This document shows positions 28,381-37,443 of a stretch of 64,000 nt of DNA, one piece after another. The notes beneath the pieces were generated by a model that saw nothing but the letters and a program-made list of their open reading frames with translations, did no database searches and had not been told where the DNA came from. Each line of letters starts with the position of its first letter. Position 1 is the stretch's first letter. Origin of the DNA: Actinomycetes bacterium (GTDB lineage Bacteria > Actinomycetota > Acidimicrobiia > Acidimicrobiales > Bog-793); contig JAJZZB010000002.1 in assembly GCA_021797795.1 (NCBI GenBank), forward strand, positions 27,601-91,600, read 5' to 3'. Position numbers and translations under genes: made by a program.

Positions 28381-30027
28381 TCAGGAGACGACGAGCGTCC
28401 CGAGGTTGAGCTGGCCGGCGGCCACCTCGGAGATGAAGCGGGACGCGAGGGAGCCGTCCTTGGCCGACCAGGCGCCCGTCGTGCTCTGGACGGCGAGGAC
28501 GGGGAATCCGTGCTGGTTCTGGCTTGCCGCCACCTCGACCTGCTGGACCCCGTTTGACTCGAGCAGCGGCGCACCCGAGCCGTCGACGACGTAGGCCGTG
28601 CCACCGGTGACGTAGGCGACGAGTGGCGTGCCCGCCTGGCCGACGAGCGCCAGGCTGAGGTCGCTCACGGCACCCTTCTCGTTCGGCCCCACCTCGTGGA
28701 ACGACCCCGAGAGGCCCTGGCGGACCAAGGCCCGGCCGGCCCTTCCGATGTAGCCCTCGAGGGAGAGCGAGGGGTTGGCCGCATCGGCGGCGAGGAGGAG
28801 GTGCCCCACCCCGATGGCGACATGGACGAAGGGCCCCGAGCCGAGCCTCACGTAGGCGTTGGAGGCAGGCGTGACGTACCCGACGAGCGGCGCAGCTGTC
28901 GCCGCTCCCGAGGCGACAGCGATCGAGGCGACGCCGGTCGCCTCCTTCACCGGCCGGTGGGCGAGCCCGCCGGTCTGGAGGAAGAAGGCGCCCGCCGAGG
29001 TGCGCCATCCGATGACCGGTGCCCGGCCCGCCGGCCCCTCGGCGACGCCGGACTGGACATCGGTGACCCCCGAGGCGGCGAGCGTCCACCAGGGTGCTCC
29101 GGGGAGGTCGTAGCGGGCTTCGAGCGCCCCCGAGGTGGTGCGCACGACGAGGATCGGCGCAGGCTCGCTGCCGCCGCCACCGATCACCTCCGCCTGCGCC
29201 ACCCCGGTCGCCACCTGCTGGAAGCTGCCGCGGAGCATGCCCTGTTTCACGGCGAGGCCGCCGTCGGAGGTGACGTTCGAGACGAGGGGCTCCTCGAGGG
29301 ACCAGTTCGGGTTGTGAAGCCAGTCCACGACGGTGCCGAAGCCGGCGTTCACGACCCAGTCGCTCACCGTGAGCGTCTGCCATCCGCTCGTGGGCGAGTT
29401 GAGGTTCTCGGTGATGGCGCGCACCGTCCCGTTGCCGCGGACGTTCACCTGCGAGGAGGTGACCACCTCGGTGTGCCCGTAGCCGCCCGAGTCGTCGATC
29501 TCGAGCACGTCACCCGGCTGGGGGGCCTCGCCCGAGGCCCCGTTCCTCACGAGCTGGAGCGTCGGGCCGTGCGGGTTGTCAGTGGCGTAGTTGTCGGCGA
29601 TCGAGTTGCCGTTGGCCGGGTAGGGGGGCACCCCCCAGGCGAGGTACATCCAGCGCATCGAGAGCTCGACGCACTCCCACTCGTACTCGCCCCAGGCACC
29701 GGGGAAGAACTGGACGGAGGCGTCGCTGCCGCCCTCGTTGGGGCCTGGACCGCAGGCGACGAGGCCGTCCCAACGAGCGCCGAGCGCGTAGGAACCCGGA
29801 TAGGTGCCGGCCGTACCACCGTCGCACAGCCCGTGCCACCAGGAAGGCTGCAGGATCGTGCCGATCGAGGTGACCCTAGGCTGGCTGTAGGCGGTCGGAG
29901 TCGTGGCAGCGGGGAGGCCACCCCCCGCCGGGCCGGTCGCCGCCTTGTGGACGCCGACAGTAGCCATCCCAACGCTCACAGTGGCGGCGAGCGCCACCGA
30001 GAGGGCTCGAAGCGATCTGGTCGGCAT
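28381..30027 (-). CDS. Secreted CHAP-domain amidase fused to a roughly 7-repeat (about 44 aa each) beta-propeller-like C-terminal domain
   Basis: ATG 30027, signal-like MPTRSLRALSVALAATVSVGMA. CHAP Cys in EYEWECVELS, His in GGYGHTEVV. Repeats run from about aa 250. Real part of track ORF 28381..30753. Confidence 0.75.
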   Translation of the reverse strand: MPTRSLRALSVALAATVSVGMATVGVHKAATGPAGGGLPAATTPTAYSQPRVTSIGTILQPSWWHGLCDGGTAGTYPGSYALGARWDGLVACGPGPNEGGSDASVQFFPGAWGEYEWECVELSMRWMYLAWGVPPYPANGNSIADNYATDNPHGPTLQLVRNGASGEAPQPGDVLEIDDSGGYGHTEVVTSSQVNVRGNGTVRAITENLNSPTSGWQTLTVSDWVVNAGFGTVVDWLHNPNWSLEEPLVSNVTSDGGLAVKQGMLRGSFQQVATGVAQAEVIGGGGSEPAPILVVRTTSGALEARYDLPGAPWWTLAASGVTDVQSGVAEGPAGRAPVIGWRTSAGAFFLQTGGLAHRPVKEATGVASIAVASGAATAAPLVGYVTPASNAYVRLGSGPFVHVAIGVGHLLLAADAANPSLSLEGYIGRAGRALVRQGLSGSFHEVGPNEKGAVSDLSLALVGQAGTPLVAYVTGGTAYVVDGSGAPLLESNGVQQVEVAASQNQHGFPVLAVQSTTGAWSAKDGSLASRFISEVAAGQLNLGTLVVS

Positions 30028-30210
30028 TGCGGTCGGCTCCCGGAGTCGGCAGTACTGCGGCGGTCTCGGACGGGAGCAGCGGTCAACGCTACGACGAGAT
30101 CGCCACGGTGTCAACAGGGCCAACACAGCACCAGCGGCGCCGGCGCCGGCGACCGTTGGCCGGCGGTGGGGGCCTTCCCGGCAGGGGCGTGCCGCAACTA
30201 GCCTTGTCTC

Positions 30211-30978
30211 ATGCTCTACGGGGCGCTCAAGCTCGTCCTGAGGCCCCTCATGCGTGCCCTGTACGACGTGGGGGTCGACGGCCTCGGGAACGTGCCGGGC
30301 TCCGGTCCGGTCATCCTCGCCTCCAACCACCAGGCCTTCTGCGACTCGTTGTTCATCCCGCTCGTGGCGGGGCGACGCGTGACGTTCGTGGCCAAGGCGG
30401 AGTACTTCGAGTCCTGGAAGACCAACTGGTTCTTCCGGGCGCTCGGCCAGATCCCGATGCACCGGGAGGGAGGCGACTCTGCCCGCCGCTCCCTCGGCGA
30501 GGCGGAGCGGGTGCTGCGGGCAGGCGGCTGCATCGGGATCTACCCCGAGGGAACCCGGCCCCCTGACGAACGCCTTCACCGGGGACGCACCGGTGTCGCT
30601 CGGCTGGCGCTTGCCACCGGCGCGCCGGTGGTCCCGGTCGGCATCAGGGGCACGAGGGAGATCCAGCCCGTCGGCGCCCGGCTGATGAAGCCGTTCAAGC
30701 CGGTCGAGGTGCGTTTCGGCGCCCCGGCGCGCCTTCGGGACCGGTACGGCCACCGCCTCGACGACCCCCTCGTGCTGCGCCAGGCGACCGACGACCTCAT
30801 GTGGGAGATCGGGCAGCTGTCGGGCCAGGAGTATGTGGACCGATACGCCTCGCGCCGCAGCGAGCCGGGCGAGCCGGCCAACCGGGCCGGCGGGCGGACC
30901 GGTCCCGAGGCCGGGGCGCCGGCGAGCGGCGGTGCGGGACCGACCGGGGACCGCGCGGTGCTGGCGGACTCGGCCTGA
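30211..30978 (+). CDS. 1-acyl-sn-glycerol-3-phosphate acyltransferase (PlsC family)
   Basis: NHQAFCDS (HX4D), FVAKAE, IYPEGTR, VPVGIRG acyltransferase blocks. Confidence 0.9.
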   Translation: MLYGALKLVLRPLMRALYDVGVDGLGNVPGSGPVILASNHQAFCDSLFIPLVAGRRVTFVAKAEYFESWKTNWFFRALGQIPMHREGGDSARRSLGEAERVLRAGGCIGIYPEGTRPPDERLHRGRTGVARLALATGAPVVPVGIRGTREIQPVGARLMKPFKPVEVRFGAPARLRDRYGHRLDDPLVLRQATDDLMWEIGQLSGQEYVDRYASRRSEPGEPANRAGGRTGPEAGAPASGGAGPTGDRAVLADSA

Positions 30979-30997
30979 GCCGAGCCGGAGGCGGCTA

Positions 30998-31001
30998 CTA
31001 G
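30998..31001. repeat. Left copy of the CTAG target-site duplication
   Basis: CTAG directly abuts the left inverted repeat. An identical CTAG abuts the right one. Confidence 0.6.
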
Positions 31002-31019
31002 CTACTTCGCCCTGAAAAA
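31002..31019. repeat. Left terminal inverted repeat CTACTTCGCCCTGAAAAA
   Basis: Matches the reverse complement of 32762-32779 at 17 of 18 positions. Confidence 0.8.
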
Positions 31020-31084
31020 CGAAAGCTGAAAGTGGCCCCTGACCAGGGAGTCCTCATACCGAGGGTGCTCGCGATCCTTCTCGA

Positions 31085-32609
31085 ATGAGGGCACGATGGC
31101 TCCAATCACCCATTTCACAAGCCATTGGAGCCATCGTGCTGCGTACCAAGGTAGAACCTCAGCCCACGCTGTGGGAGTCCCTGCTCCCTGAGGAGTTCCG
31201 TCGCCTTCCTGCTGGGCTTGCCGCCGTCGACGAGCTCCTCGACGACCCGGTCTTCTTCGAGCCCTTCCGGCCGTACTTCGACCCGCGCTACGGCCGGCCG
31301 TCGATCCCGATCGAGACCTACCTCCGTCTCATGCACCTGCGCTTCCGCTACCAGCTCGGCTTCGAGACGCTGTGCGCCGAGGTGACCGACTCGCTTGGCT
31401 GGCGACGGTTTTGCCGCATCGGGCCGTACGACGCCGTGCCGCATCCGACGACGCTCATGAAGATCACCAGCCGGTGCGGGGAGGGAGTCGTCGTCGAGCT
31501 GAACGAGGTGCTCCTCGCCAAGGCGCATGCCGCTCGAGGTGCGGGCCGACACGACTGTCGTGCCGGCGAACGTCTCCTATCCGACCGACTCGGGACTGCT
31601 CGCCAAGGGAGTCGCCAAGCTCGCCCGCACAGCGGCCGCACTGAAGGCGCTCGGCCTCGGTTCGCGGACGAAGTTCCGGGACCGCACCCGTTCTGTCCGC
31701 CGGCGGGCGCACTCGATCGGGGCCTGGCTCCGGCGCCGCAACGACGAGGCGAAGGAAGAGGTGCTGAAGCTGACCGGAGAGATCGCTTTCATCGCCGAGG
31801 CGAGCATCGCCGATGCGAGAGTGCTCGCCCGCAACGCCCGGCGCTCGATCGCCCGTGCCGGAGCGTCCTCGTCACGAAGAGCCGTCGCACTCGTCGCCGA
31901 GCTGGAACAGAACGCGGCCATCCTCGAACAGGTGATTCACCAGACCCGCACCCGGCTCTCGGGGGAGGTGCCCGACGGCTCGCGCCGGATCGTCTCGCTG
32001 CACGACACCGACGCCCGGCCAATCGCCAAGGGCCGTCTCGGCAAGCCGGTTGAGTTCGGCTACAAGGCACAGGTCGCCGACAACTCCGACGGCGTCGTGC
32101 TCGACCTCGCCGTCTTCAAGGGCAATCCACCCGACGCCCCTCTCCTCCTCCCGGCGATCCGCCGCATCCGCACACGCTTTGGCCGGGCGCCGAAGGCGGT
32201 GACGGCTGACCGCGGCTACGGCGAGGCGGCGATCGAGGACGAGCTTCTCCAAGGCGGCGTGGGCACGGTCGCCATCCCGCGAAAGGGCAGGCCCGGGCCG
32301 AAGCGCCAAGAGGTCGAGCGGAGCCGCCGCTTCCGCACGCTCGTCAAGTGGCGGACCGGCTGCGAGGGGCGTATCTCGCACTTGAAGCACTCCTACGGCT
32401 TCGACTGCACCATGCTCGACGGCATCGTCGGTGCCACGACGTGGTGCGGCTACGGGGTCTTCGCTCACAACAGCGCCAAGATCGCCGCCCTCATCGAGGA
32501 GAAGCCGGACGCTCGGCCGCCCACGAGCCGACAAAAACGGCAGCGCGGACGGCCGACGACGACCGGACCTCCGACCGGACGCTCGCCCACCGAGCGCCCC
32601 GCTACCTGA
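31085..32609 (+). pseudogene. IS transposase, split into two frames near 31537 (frameshift or programmed recoding)
   Basis: Frame 1 is sensible to ..NEVLLAKAHAAR, then junk. Frame 2 is junk before ..LEVRADTTVVPANVSYPTDSGLL, then sensible to the stop at 32609. Confidence 0.75.
31091..31139 (+). promoter_or_regulatory. Perfect 16-bp stem-loop overlapping the transposase start region
   Basis: GCACGATGGCTCCAAT (31091-31106), a 17-nt loop, then ATTGGAGCCATCGTGC (31124-31139). The in-frame GTG at 31136 lies in the 3' arm. Confidence 0.6.
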
Positions 32610-32761
32610 CTGTTCCGCCCCGCCCGCTCGTCCCTTCACGACTCAATCGGCCGGGAAGACGGCCGAGAAGCGGTCGGAAGGGACCAGAACGGGGGGTGGG
32701 GCACTCGCACGCGGGCGCTGCGGCCAAAATACGTGGCTGACGGCTGGCGATCAGACGCCCC

Positions 32762-32779
32762 TTTTTCCGGGCGAAGTAG
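32762..32779. repeat. Right terminal inverted repeat (reverse complement CTACTTCGCCCGGAAAAA)
   Basis: See the left repeat. Confidence 0.8.
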
Positions 32780-32783
32780 CTAG
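32780..32783. repeat. Right copy of the CTAG target-site duplication (contains the glpK stop codon)
   Basis: The complement of 32780-32782 is TAG, the stop of the minus-strand glycerol kinase ORF. Confidence 0.6.
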
Positions 32784-34249
32784 CGGACTCGCTCGAGCAC
32801 ATCGAGCCACCGGCGGTGGTCGGCGTCGACCCGGGAGCGGGAGGACGCTGGCTCGAAGCGGGCCTGGCAGCCGACGAGCCCGCCAAGGTCTTCCCGCTCC
32901 CAGACCCCCTCGGCGAGCCCGGCGAGGAAGGTGGCGCCGAGCGCGGTCGCCTCCGTCGTCGACGGCCGGACGACCGGAACCTGGCACTGGTCGGCCTGCA
33001 GCTGCAAGAGGAGGTCCATCACCGCCGCCCCGCCGTCGGCCCGCAGCTCAGTCACCTCGCAGCCGGCTGTCTCGACCATGGCGTCGACGACGTCGCGGGT
33101 CTGGAAGGCCATCGCCTCCACCGCCGCCCGGGCGAGCTGTGCCCGCCCGATGCCCCGCGTCAGCCCGGTGACGGCAGCCCGCGCCCCCGGGTCCCACCAG
33201 GGGCTGCCGAGCCCGGCGAAGGCGGGCACGAGGACCACGCCCTCGCTGCTCGGGACGCTGGCGGCGAGCGGCCCGATCTCCGCCGCCTCGCCGATGATGC
33301 CGAGGCCGTCCCTCAGCCATTGGATCGTGGCGCCGGAGGAGAAGACCGCCCCCTCGAGGGCGTAGGCACGGTGGGACGGGTCGTCGTCGAGCTGCCAGGC
33401 GACGGTCGTGAGCAGCCCGTCCGCCGGCTCGGGTCGCCTGTCGCCGAGGCTCATGAGGATGAAGCTGCCCGTGCCGTAGGTGACCTTCGTCTGCCCCGGT
33501 GCATGGCAGCCGTGGCCGAACAGGGCCGCCTGCTGGTCTCCGGCCACACCCGAGAGGGGGACGCCGGAAAGCGCTCCGCCTGCCAGCTCGGGCGAGATGG
33601 TGCCGATGCGCCCAGAGGAGGGGACGATCTCGCCGAGCATGCGGGTATCGATGCCGAAGCATCCGCACAGCTCGTCGCTCCACGCGCCGGTCGTGAGGTC
33701 GTAGCAAAGGGTGCGGGAGGCGTTCGTCGGATCCGTGGCGTGCCGCCCGGTCAGCTTCCAGATGAGCCAGTCGTCGACGGTCCCGAGCAGGACGTCGTCG
33801 GCAGGCTCGAGTCCGCCGTGGCGGAACATCCACTCCCACTTGGTGGCGCTGAAGTAGCTGTCCAGGACGAGCCCGGTGCGCTCCCGGACGAGCGGCAGCA
33901 GTCCTTCTTGCTCGAGCTCGGCACAGCGCCCGGCGGTGCGCCTGTCCTGCCAGACGATGGCGGGCTGGAGAGGCCGGCCACGGCGGTCCCAGGCGAGGGC
34001 TGTCTCGCGCTGGTTGGTGATCCCGGCCGCCGCGATCGCCATCCCCCGCTCGGCGAGGATCCCGGCCAGCTCGGCGAGGGTCTCCTCGACGAGCGAGAAG
34101 ATCTCGGCGGCGTCGTGCTCGACCAGGCCGGGGGCCGGGAAGTGCTGGGTGAGCTCCCGGTAGGAGACCGCCACGACTGCCGCCGCCTCGTCGACGGCGA
34201 GGGCACGCACGCCGGTCGTACCGGCATCGATGGCGACGACGACGCCCAC
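32780..34249 (-). CDS. glpK: Glycerol kinase
   Basis: 489 aa. AIDAGTTGVRA, GITNQRETA, WQDRRT, FGTYGTGSF-like TYGTGSFIL, the canonical GlpK blocks. Confidence 0.95.
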   Translation of the reverse strand: MGVVVAIDAGTTGVRALAVDEAAAVVAVSYRELTQHFPAPGLVEHDAAEIFSLVEETLAELAGILAERGMAIAAAGITNQRETALAWDRRGRPLQPAIVWQDRRTAGRCAELEQEGLLPLVRERTGLVLDSYFSATKWEWMFRHGGLEPADDVLLGTVDDWLIWKLTGRHATDPTNASRTLCYDLTTGAWSDELCGCFGIDTRMLGEIVPSSGRIGTISPELAGGALSGVPLSGVAGDQQAALFGHGCHAPGQTKVTYGTGSFILMSLGDRRPEPADGLLTTVAWQLDDDPSHRAYALEGAVFSSGATIQWLRDGLGIIGEAAEIGPLAASVPSSEGVVLVPAFAGLGSPWWDPGARAAVTGLTRGIGRAQLARAAVEAMAFQTRDVVDAMVETAGCEVTELRADGGAAVMDLLLQLQADQCQVPVVRPSTTEATALGATFLAGLAEGVWEREDLGGLVGCQARFEPASSRSRVDADHRRWLDVLERVR

Positions 34250-34321
34250 GCCCGGACGCTATCTCGGCGTGCAAACCTTCGCGAGCGGCTCCTGACCAGG
34301 GCCGCCGGAGCAGACGGCCCA

Positions 34322-34351
34322 TTGACAACGGCGTAGTTACGGTGTTGTAAT
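34322..34351 (+). promoter_or_regulatory. Candidate nrdJ promoter TTGACA-18 nt-TGTAAT
   Basis: TTGACA at 34322-34327 and TGTAAT at 34346-34351, in an AT-richer island about 110 nt upstream of the nrdJ ATG. Confidence 0.45.
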
Positions 34352-34384
34352 TACCCCGCTATCTGGTGGCTCATTGATTGGCTA

Positions 34385-34400
34385 CCACTACATATTGTGG
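34385..34400 (+). promoter_or_regulatory. NrdR box
   Basis: CCACTACATATTGTGG matches the NrdR palindrome acaCwAtATaTwGtgt at 13 of 16 positions. A weaker partner (CCGCTATCTGGTGGCT, 34356-34371) lies about 29 nt upstream. Confidence 0.55.
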
Positions 34401-34457
34401 TTCATTGGAAGGTTCGGGGTCCGGGCGACTTCGGCCCGGAAAGGGAGGATCGGCAGC

Positions 34458-37313
34458 ATGGCAGTAGCAGGTGAGCGACTCGGCATCGGCATCCGGCGGC
34501 ACTTCACCGAGGAGGGTCGCCACCCCTACGACCGGGTCGCCTGGGAACGGCGGGACTCCCGCATCACGGACTACCGCACCGGAGCCGTCGCCTTCGAGCA
34601 GCTCGGTGTGGAGGTGCCCGCCAGCTGGTCCCTGAACGCCACGAACATCCTCGCCCAGAAGTACTTCCGCGGCACCCTCGGCGCACCCGGGCGTGAGTGG
34701 TCGCTGCGCCAGGTGGTCGATCGTGTGGTCGACACCATCACGGCCTGGGGCCTGAAGGACGGGTACTTCGTCGACGGAGCGGAGGCCGCCTGCTTCAGCG
34801 ACGAGCTGAAGCACCTCATCGTCGAGCAGAAGGCGGCCTTCAACTCGCCGGTCTGGTTCAACATCGGCGTGAAAGGCGTCCCTCAGCAGGCGAGCGCCTG
34901 TTTCATCCTCGCCGTCGAGGACTCGATGAGCGCCATCCTCAACTGGTACGTCGAGGAGGGGACGATCTTCAAGGGCGGCTCCGGCTCGGGCGTCAACCTG
35001 TCGCAGATCCGCTCCTCGAAGGAGCTCCTCCAAGGAGGCGGCACGGCGTCAGGACCCGTTAGCTTCATGCGGGGCGCCGACGCCTCGGCCGGCACGATCA
35101 AGTCCGGCGGCAAGACACGGCGCGCCGCCAAGATGGTCATCCTCGACGCCGACCACCCCGACGTCCAGGAGTTCGTCTGGTGCAAGGCGAAGGAGGAGCG
35201 CAAGGCGCGCGTGCTCGCCCAGGCGGGCTTCGACATGGACCTCGACGGCGACGACAGCCACTCGATCCAGTACCAGAACGCCAACAACTCCGTCCGGGTG
35301 AGCGATGAGTTCATGCAGGCGGTCCTCGACGACGCCGACTGGGCGCTCGTCGCGAGGACCACCGGCGAGACCATCGAGACCGTGAAGGCCCGCGAGCTGT
35401 TCCGCCAGATCGCCGAGGCGGCGTGGGAGTGCGCCGATCCCGGCCTGCAGTACGACACGACGATCAACAAGTGGCACACCGCGCCGAACACCGGCCGCAT
35501 CACCGCCAGCAATCCCTGCAGCGAGTACGTCCACCTCGACAATTCGAGCTGCAACCTTGCCAGCTTGAACCTGCTCAAGTTCTGCAGCGAGTCCGGTGTC
35601 TTCGACGTCGACGGCTTCAAGGCGGCCGCCCAGGTGGCCTTCACGGCCCAGGAGATCCTCGTCGGCAACGCCGACTACCCGACCGACAAGATCGGCGACA
35701 CGACTCGCCGTTTCCGGGAGCTCGGTCTCGGCTATGCCAACCTGGGGGCGCTCCTCATGTCCGAGGGCCTGCCGTACGACTCGGACCAGGGTCGCGCGTG
35801 GGCAGCCGCCATCACCGCCCTCATGACCGGCGCCGCCTACGAGACCTCCGCCCGCACGGCTGCCCGCATGGGCCCCTTCGCCGGCTTCCACGAGAACGCC
35901 ACGCCCATGCTCGAGGTGCTGAAGATGCACCGGGCTGCCGTCGCTGCCATCGACGAGGAGCTCGTCCCGACCGAGCTGCTCTCGGCGGCCCAGGAGGCCT
36001 GGGACACGGCGGTCGACCTCGCCGAGGAGCACGGCGTCCGCAACTCCCAGGCGACCGTCCTCGCCCCGACGGGGACGATCTCGTTCCTCATGGACTGCGA
36101 CACCACCGGCATCGAGCCGGATCTCGGCCTCGTGAAGACGAAGAAGCTGGTCGGCGGTGGGACGATGTCGATCGTCAACCAGACGGTGCCCCGCGCCCTG
36201 CGGCGCCTCGGCTACTCCGAGGAGCAGATCTCCGACATCGTCGGTCACATCGACGAGCACAAGACGATCGTCGGCGCCCCGCACCTTCGCGGAGAGCACC
36301 TGCCGGTGTTCGCCTGCTCGATGGGCGACAACGTCATCCACTACTCGGGCCACGTGAAGATGATGGCGGCGGCCCAGCCGTTCATCTCGGGTGCCATCTC
36401 GAAGACCGTCAACATGCCCGAGGAGGTCACCGTCGAGGAGGTGGAGCAGCTCCACATCGATGCCTGGAGGCTCGGCCTGAAGGCGATCGCCATCTACCGT
36501 GACAACTGCAAGGTGGCACAGCCTCTCTCGACAACGAAGAAGGAGGGGACGACCCCCATCGGCTCGAGCGACGGCGAGCGGCAGGCGGCTTCCTTTGTGG
36601 CGAGGGAGTCCGAGCTGACAGCGCGCATCACCGAGCTCGAGGGAGCACTCCAGGCCTCGCACGTCACAGCGCCGTCCGCCACGACACGCACCCGCCTGCC
36701 CCGTCGTCGGCGCTCGAACACATTCGCCTTCCGTGTGGCGGACTGCGAAGGCTACGTCACGGTCGGAGAGTACGAGGACGGGCGTCCGGGCGAGGTCTTC
36801 ATGAAGGTCTCCAAGCAGGGCTCCACGCTCTCGGGGGTGATGGACGCCTTCTCCATCGCCGTCAGCCTCGGCCTGCAGCACGGGGTCCCGCTCTCGACCT
36901 TCGTCCGCAAGTACACCAATATGCGCTTCGAGCCCGCCGGCATCACCGACGATCCGGACCTGAGGCTCGCCTCCAGCCTCGTCGACTACATCTTCCGGCG
37001 TCTCGCCATCGACTACCTGAGCTACGACGAGCGCCTCGAGCTCGGCGTGCTCTCGACAGGAGAGCGCACCCAGCCGACGCTCCCGGGCCTCGAGGACGTC
37101 GACAGCGACCGGGCGGTGGCAGAGGAGAAGGAGCGCTTCGGCGACGGTGGCGACGCGAGCTCTGCGGCGGACGCGTCGCCGGCCGCAGCGGCACGGGCTC
37201 CCCGGATGGAGAGCCGGGACGCTCCCTTCTGCTACGCCTGCGGCAACGTCATGCAGCGGGCCGGCTCGTGCTACGCCTGCCCGAGCTGCGGGGCGACGAG
37301 CGGGTGCAGCTGA
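34458..37313 (+). CDS. nrdJ: Adenosylcobalamin-dependent (class II) ribonucleoside-diphosphate/triphosphate reductase
   Basis: ATG 34458 after AAGGGAGGA. NILAQKYFRG, SACFIL, NPCSEY, TGIEPD blocks. C-terminal CYACGN...CYACPSCG zinc-finger tail. 951 aa, no intein. Confidence 0.95.
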   Translation: MAVAGERLGIGIRRHFTEEGRHPYDRVAWERRDSRITDYRTGAVAFEQLGVEVPASWSLNATNILAQKYFRGTLGAPGREWSLRQVVDRVVDTITAWGLKDGYFVDGAEAACFSDELKHLIVEQKAAFNSPVWFNIGVKGVPQQASACFILAVEDSMSAILNWYVEEGTIFKGGSGSGVNLSQIRSSKELLQGGGTASGPVSFMRGADASAGTIKSGGKTRRAAKMVILDADHPDVQEFVWCKAKEERKARVLAQAGFDMDLDGDDSHSIQYQNANNSVRVSDEFMQAVLDDADWALVARTTGETIETVKARELFRQIAEAAWECADPGLQYDTTINKWHTAPNTGRITASNPCSEYVHLDNSSCNLASLNLLKFCSESGVFDVDGFKAAAQVAFTAQEILVGNADYPTDKIGDTTRRFRELGLGYANLGALLMSEGLPYDSDQGRAWAAAITALMTGAAYETSARTAARMGPFAGFHENATPMLEVLKMHRAAVAAIDEELVPTELLSAAQEAWDTAVDLAEEHGVRNSQATVLAPTGTISFLMDCDTTGIEPDLGLVKTKKLVGGGTMSIVNQTVPRALRRLGYSEEQISDIVGHIDEHKTIVGAPHLRGEHLPVFACSMGDNVIHYSGHVKMMAAAQPFISGAISKTVNMPEEVTVEEVEQLHIDAWRLGLKAIAIYRDNCKVAQPLSTTKKEGTTPIGSSDGERQAASFVARESELTARITELEGALQASHVTAPSATTRTRLPRRRRSNTFAFRVADCEGYVTVGEYEDGRPGEVFMKVSKQGSTLSGVMDAFSIAVSLGLQHGVPLSTFVRKYTNMRFEPAGITDDPDLRLASSLVDYIFRRLAIDYLSYDERLELGVLSTGERTQPTLPGLEDVDSDRAVAEEKERFGDGGDASSAADASPAAAARAPRMESRDAPFCYACGNVMQRAGSCYACPSCGATSGCS

Positions 37314-37417
37314 TGTCGATTCCCATCCGAATGTCAGTCGTCTGACTTGCGGGCTGGCGAATGGATGTCGGTCGTTTCGCACGGGATCCTCAGCAGCTGA
37401 CCCGGCCCAGACGCAGA

Positions 37418-37443
37418 GAAGGGGAGCCGCCAGGCTCCCCTTC
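37418..37443. terminator. Perfect 11-bp GC-rich hairpin GAAGGGGAGCC-GCCA-GGCTCCCCTTC
   Basis: Lies 105 nt after the nrdJ stop. No U-tract, so assigning it as a terminator is tentative. Confidence 0.4.

Larger units (their letters stand above)
31002..32779 (+). mobile_element. IS5/IS1182-superfamily insertion sequence (1778 bp)
   Basis: 17/18 terminal inverted repeats, CTAG duplication, DUF772-type N-terminus plus DDE (ADTTVVPANVSYPTDSGLL ... VTADRGY ... RxxxE..K) transposase. Confidence 0.85.

Noticed and set aside
30028-30753. Upstream part of track ORF 28381..30753
   Set aside because: It is antisense to plsC. The CHAP protein has its own ATG, a signal-like N-terminus at 30027, and a 183-bp divergent spacer.
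34250-34457. Cobalamin riboswitch upstream of nrdJ
   Set aside because: I saw no B12-box-like core (GCCACTG-type). The gene needs B12 rather than being repressed by it. The region is better explained by a promoter plus an NrdR box.
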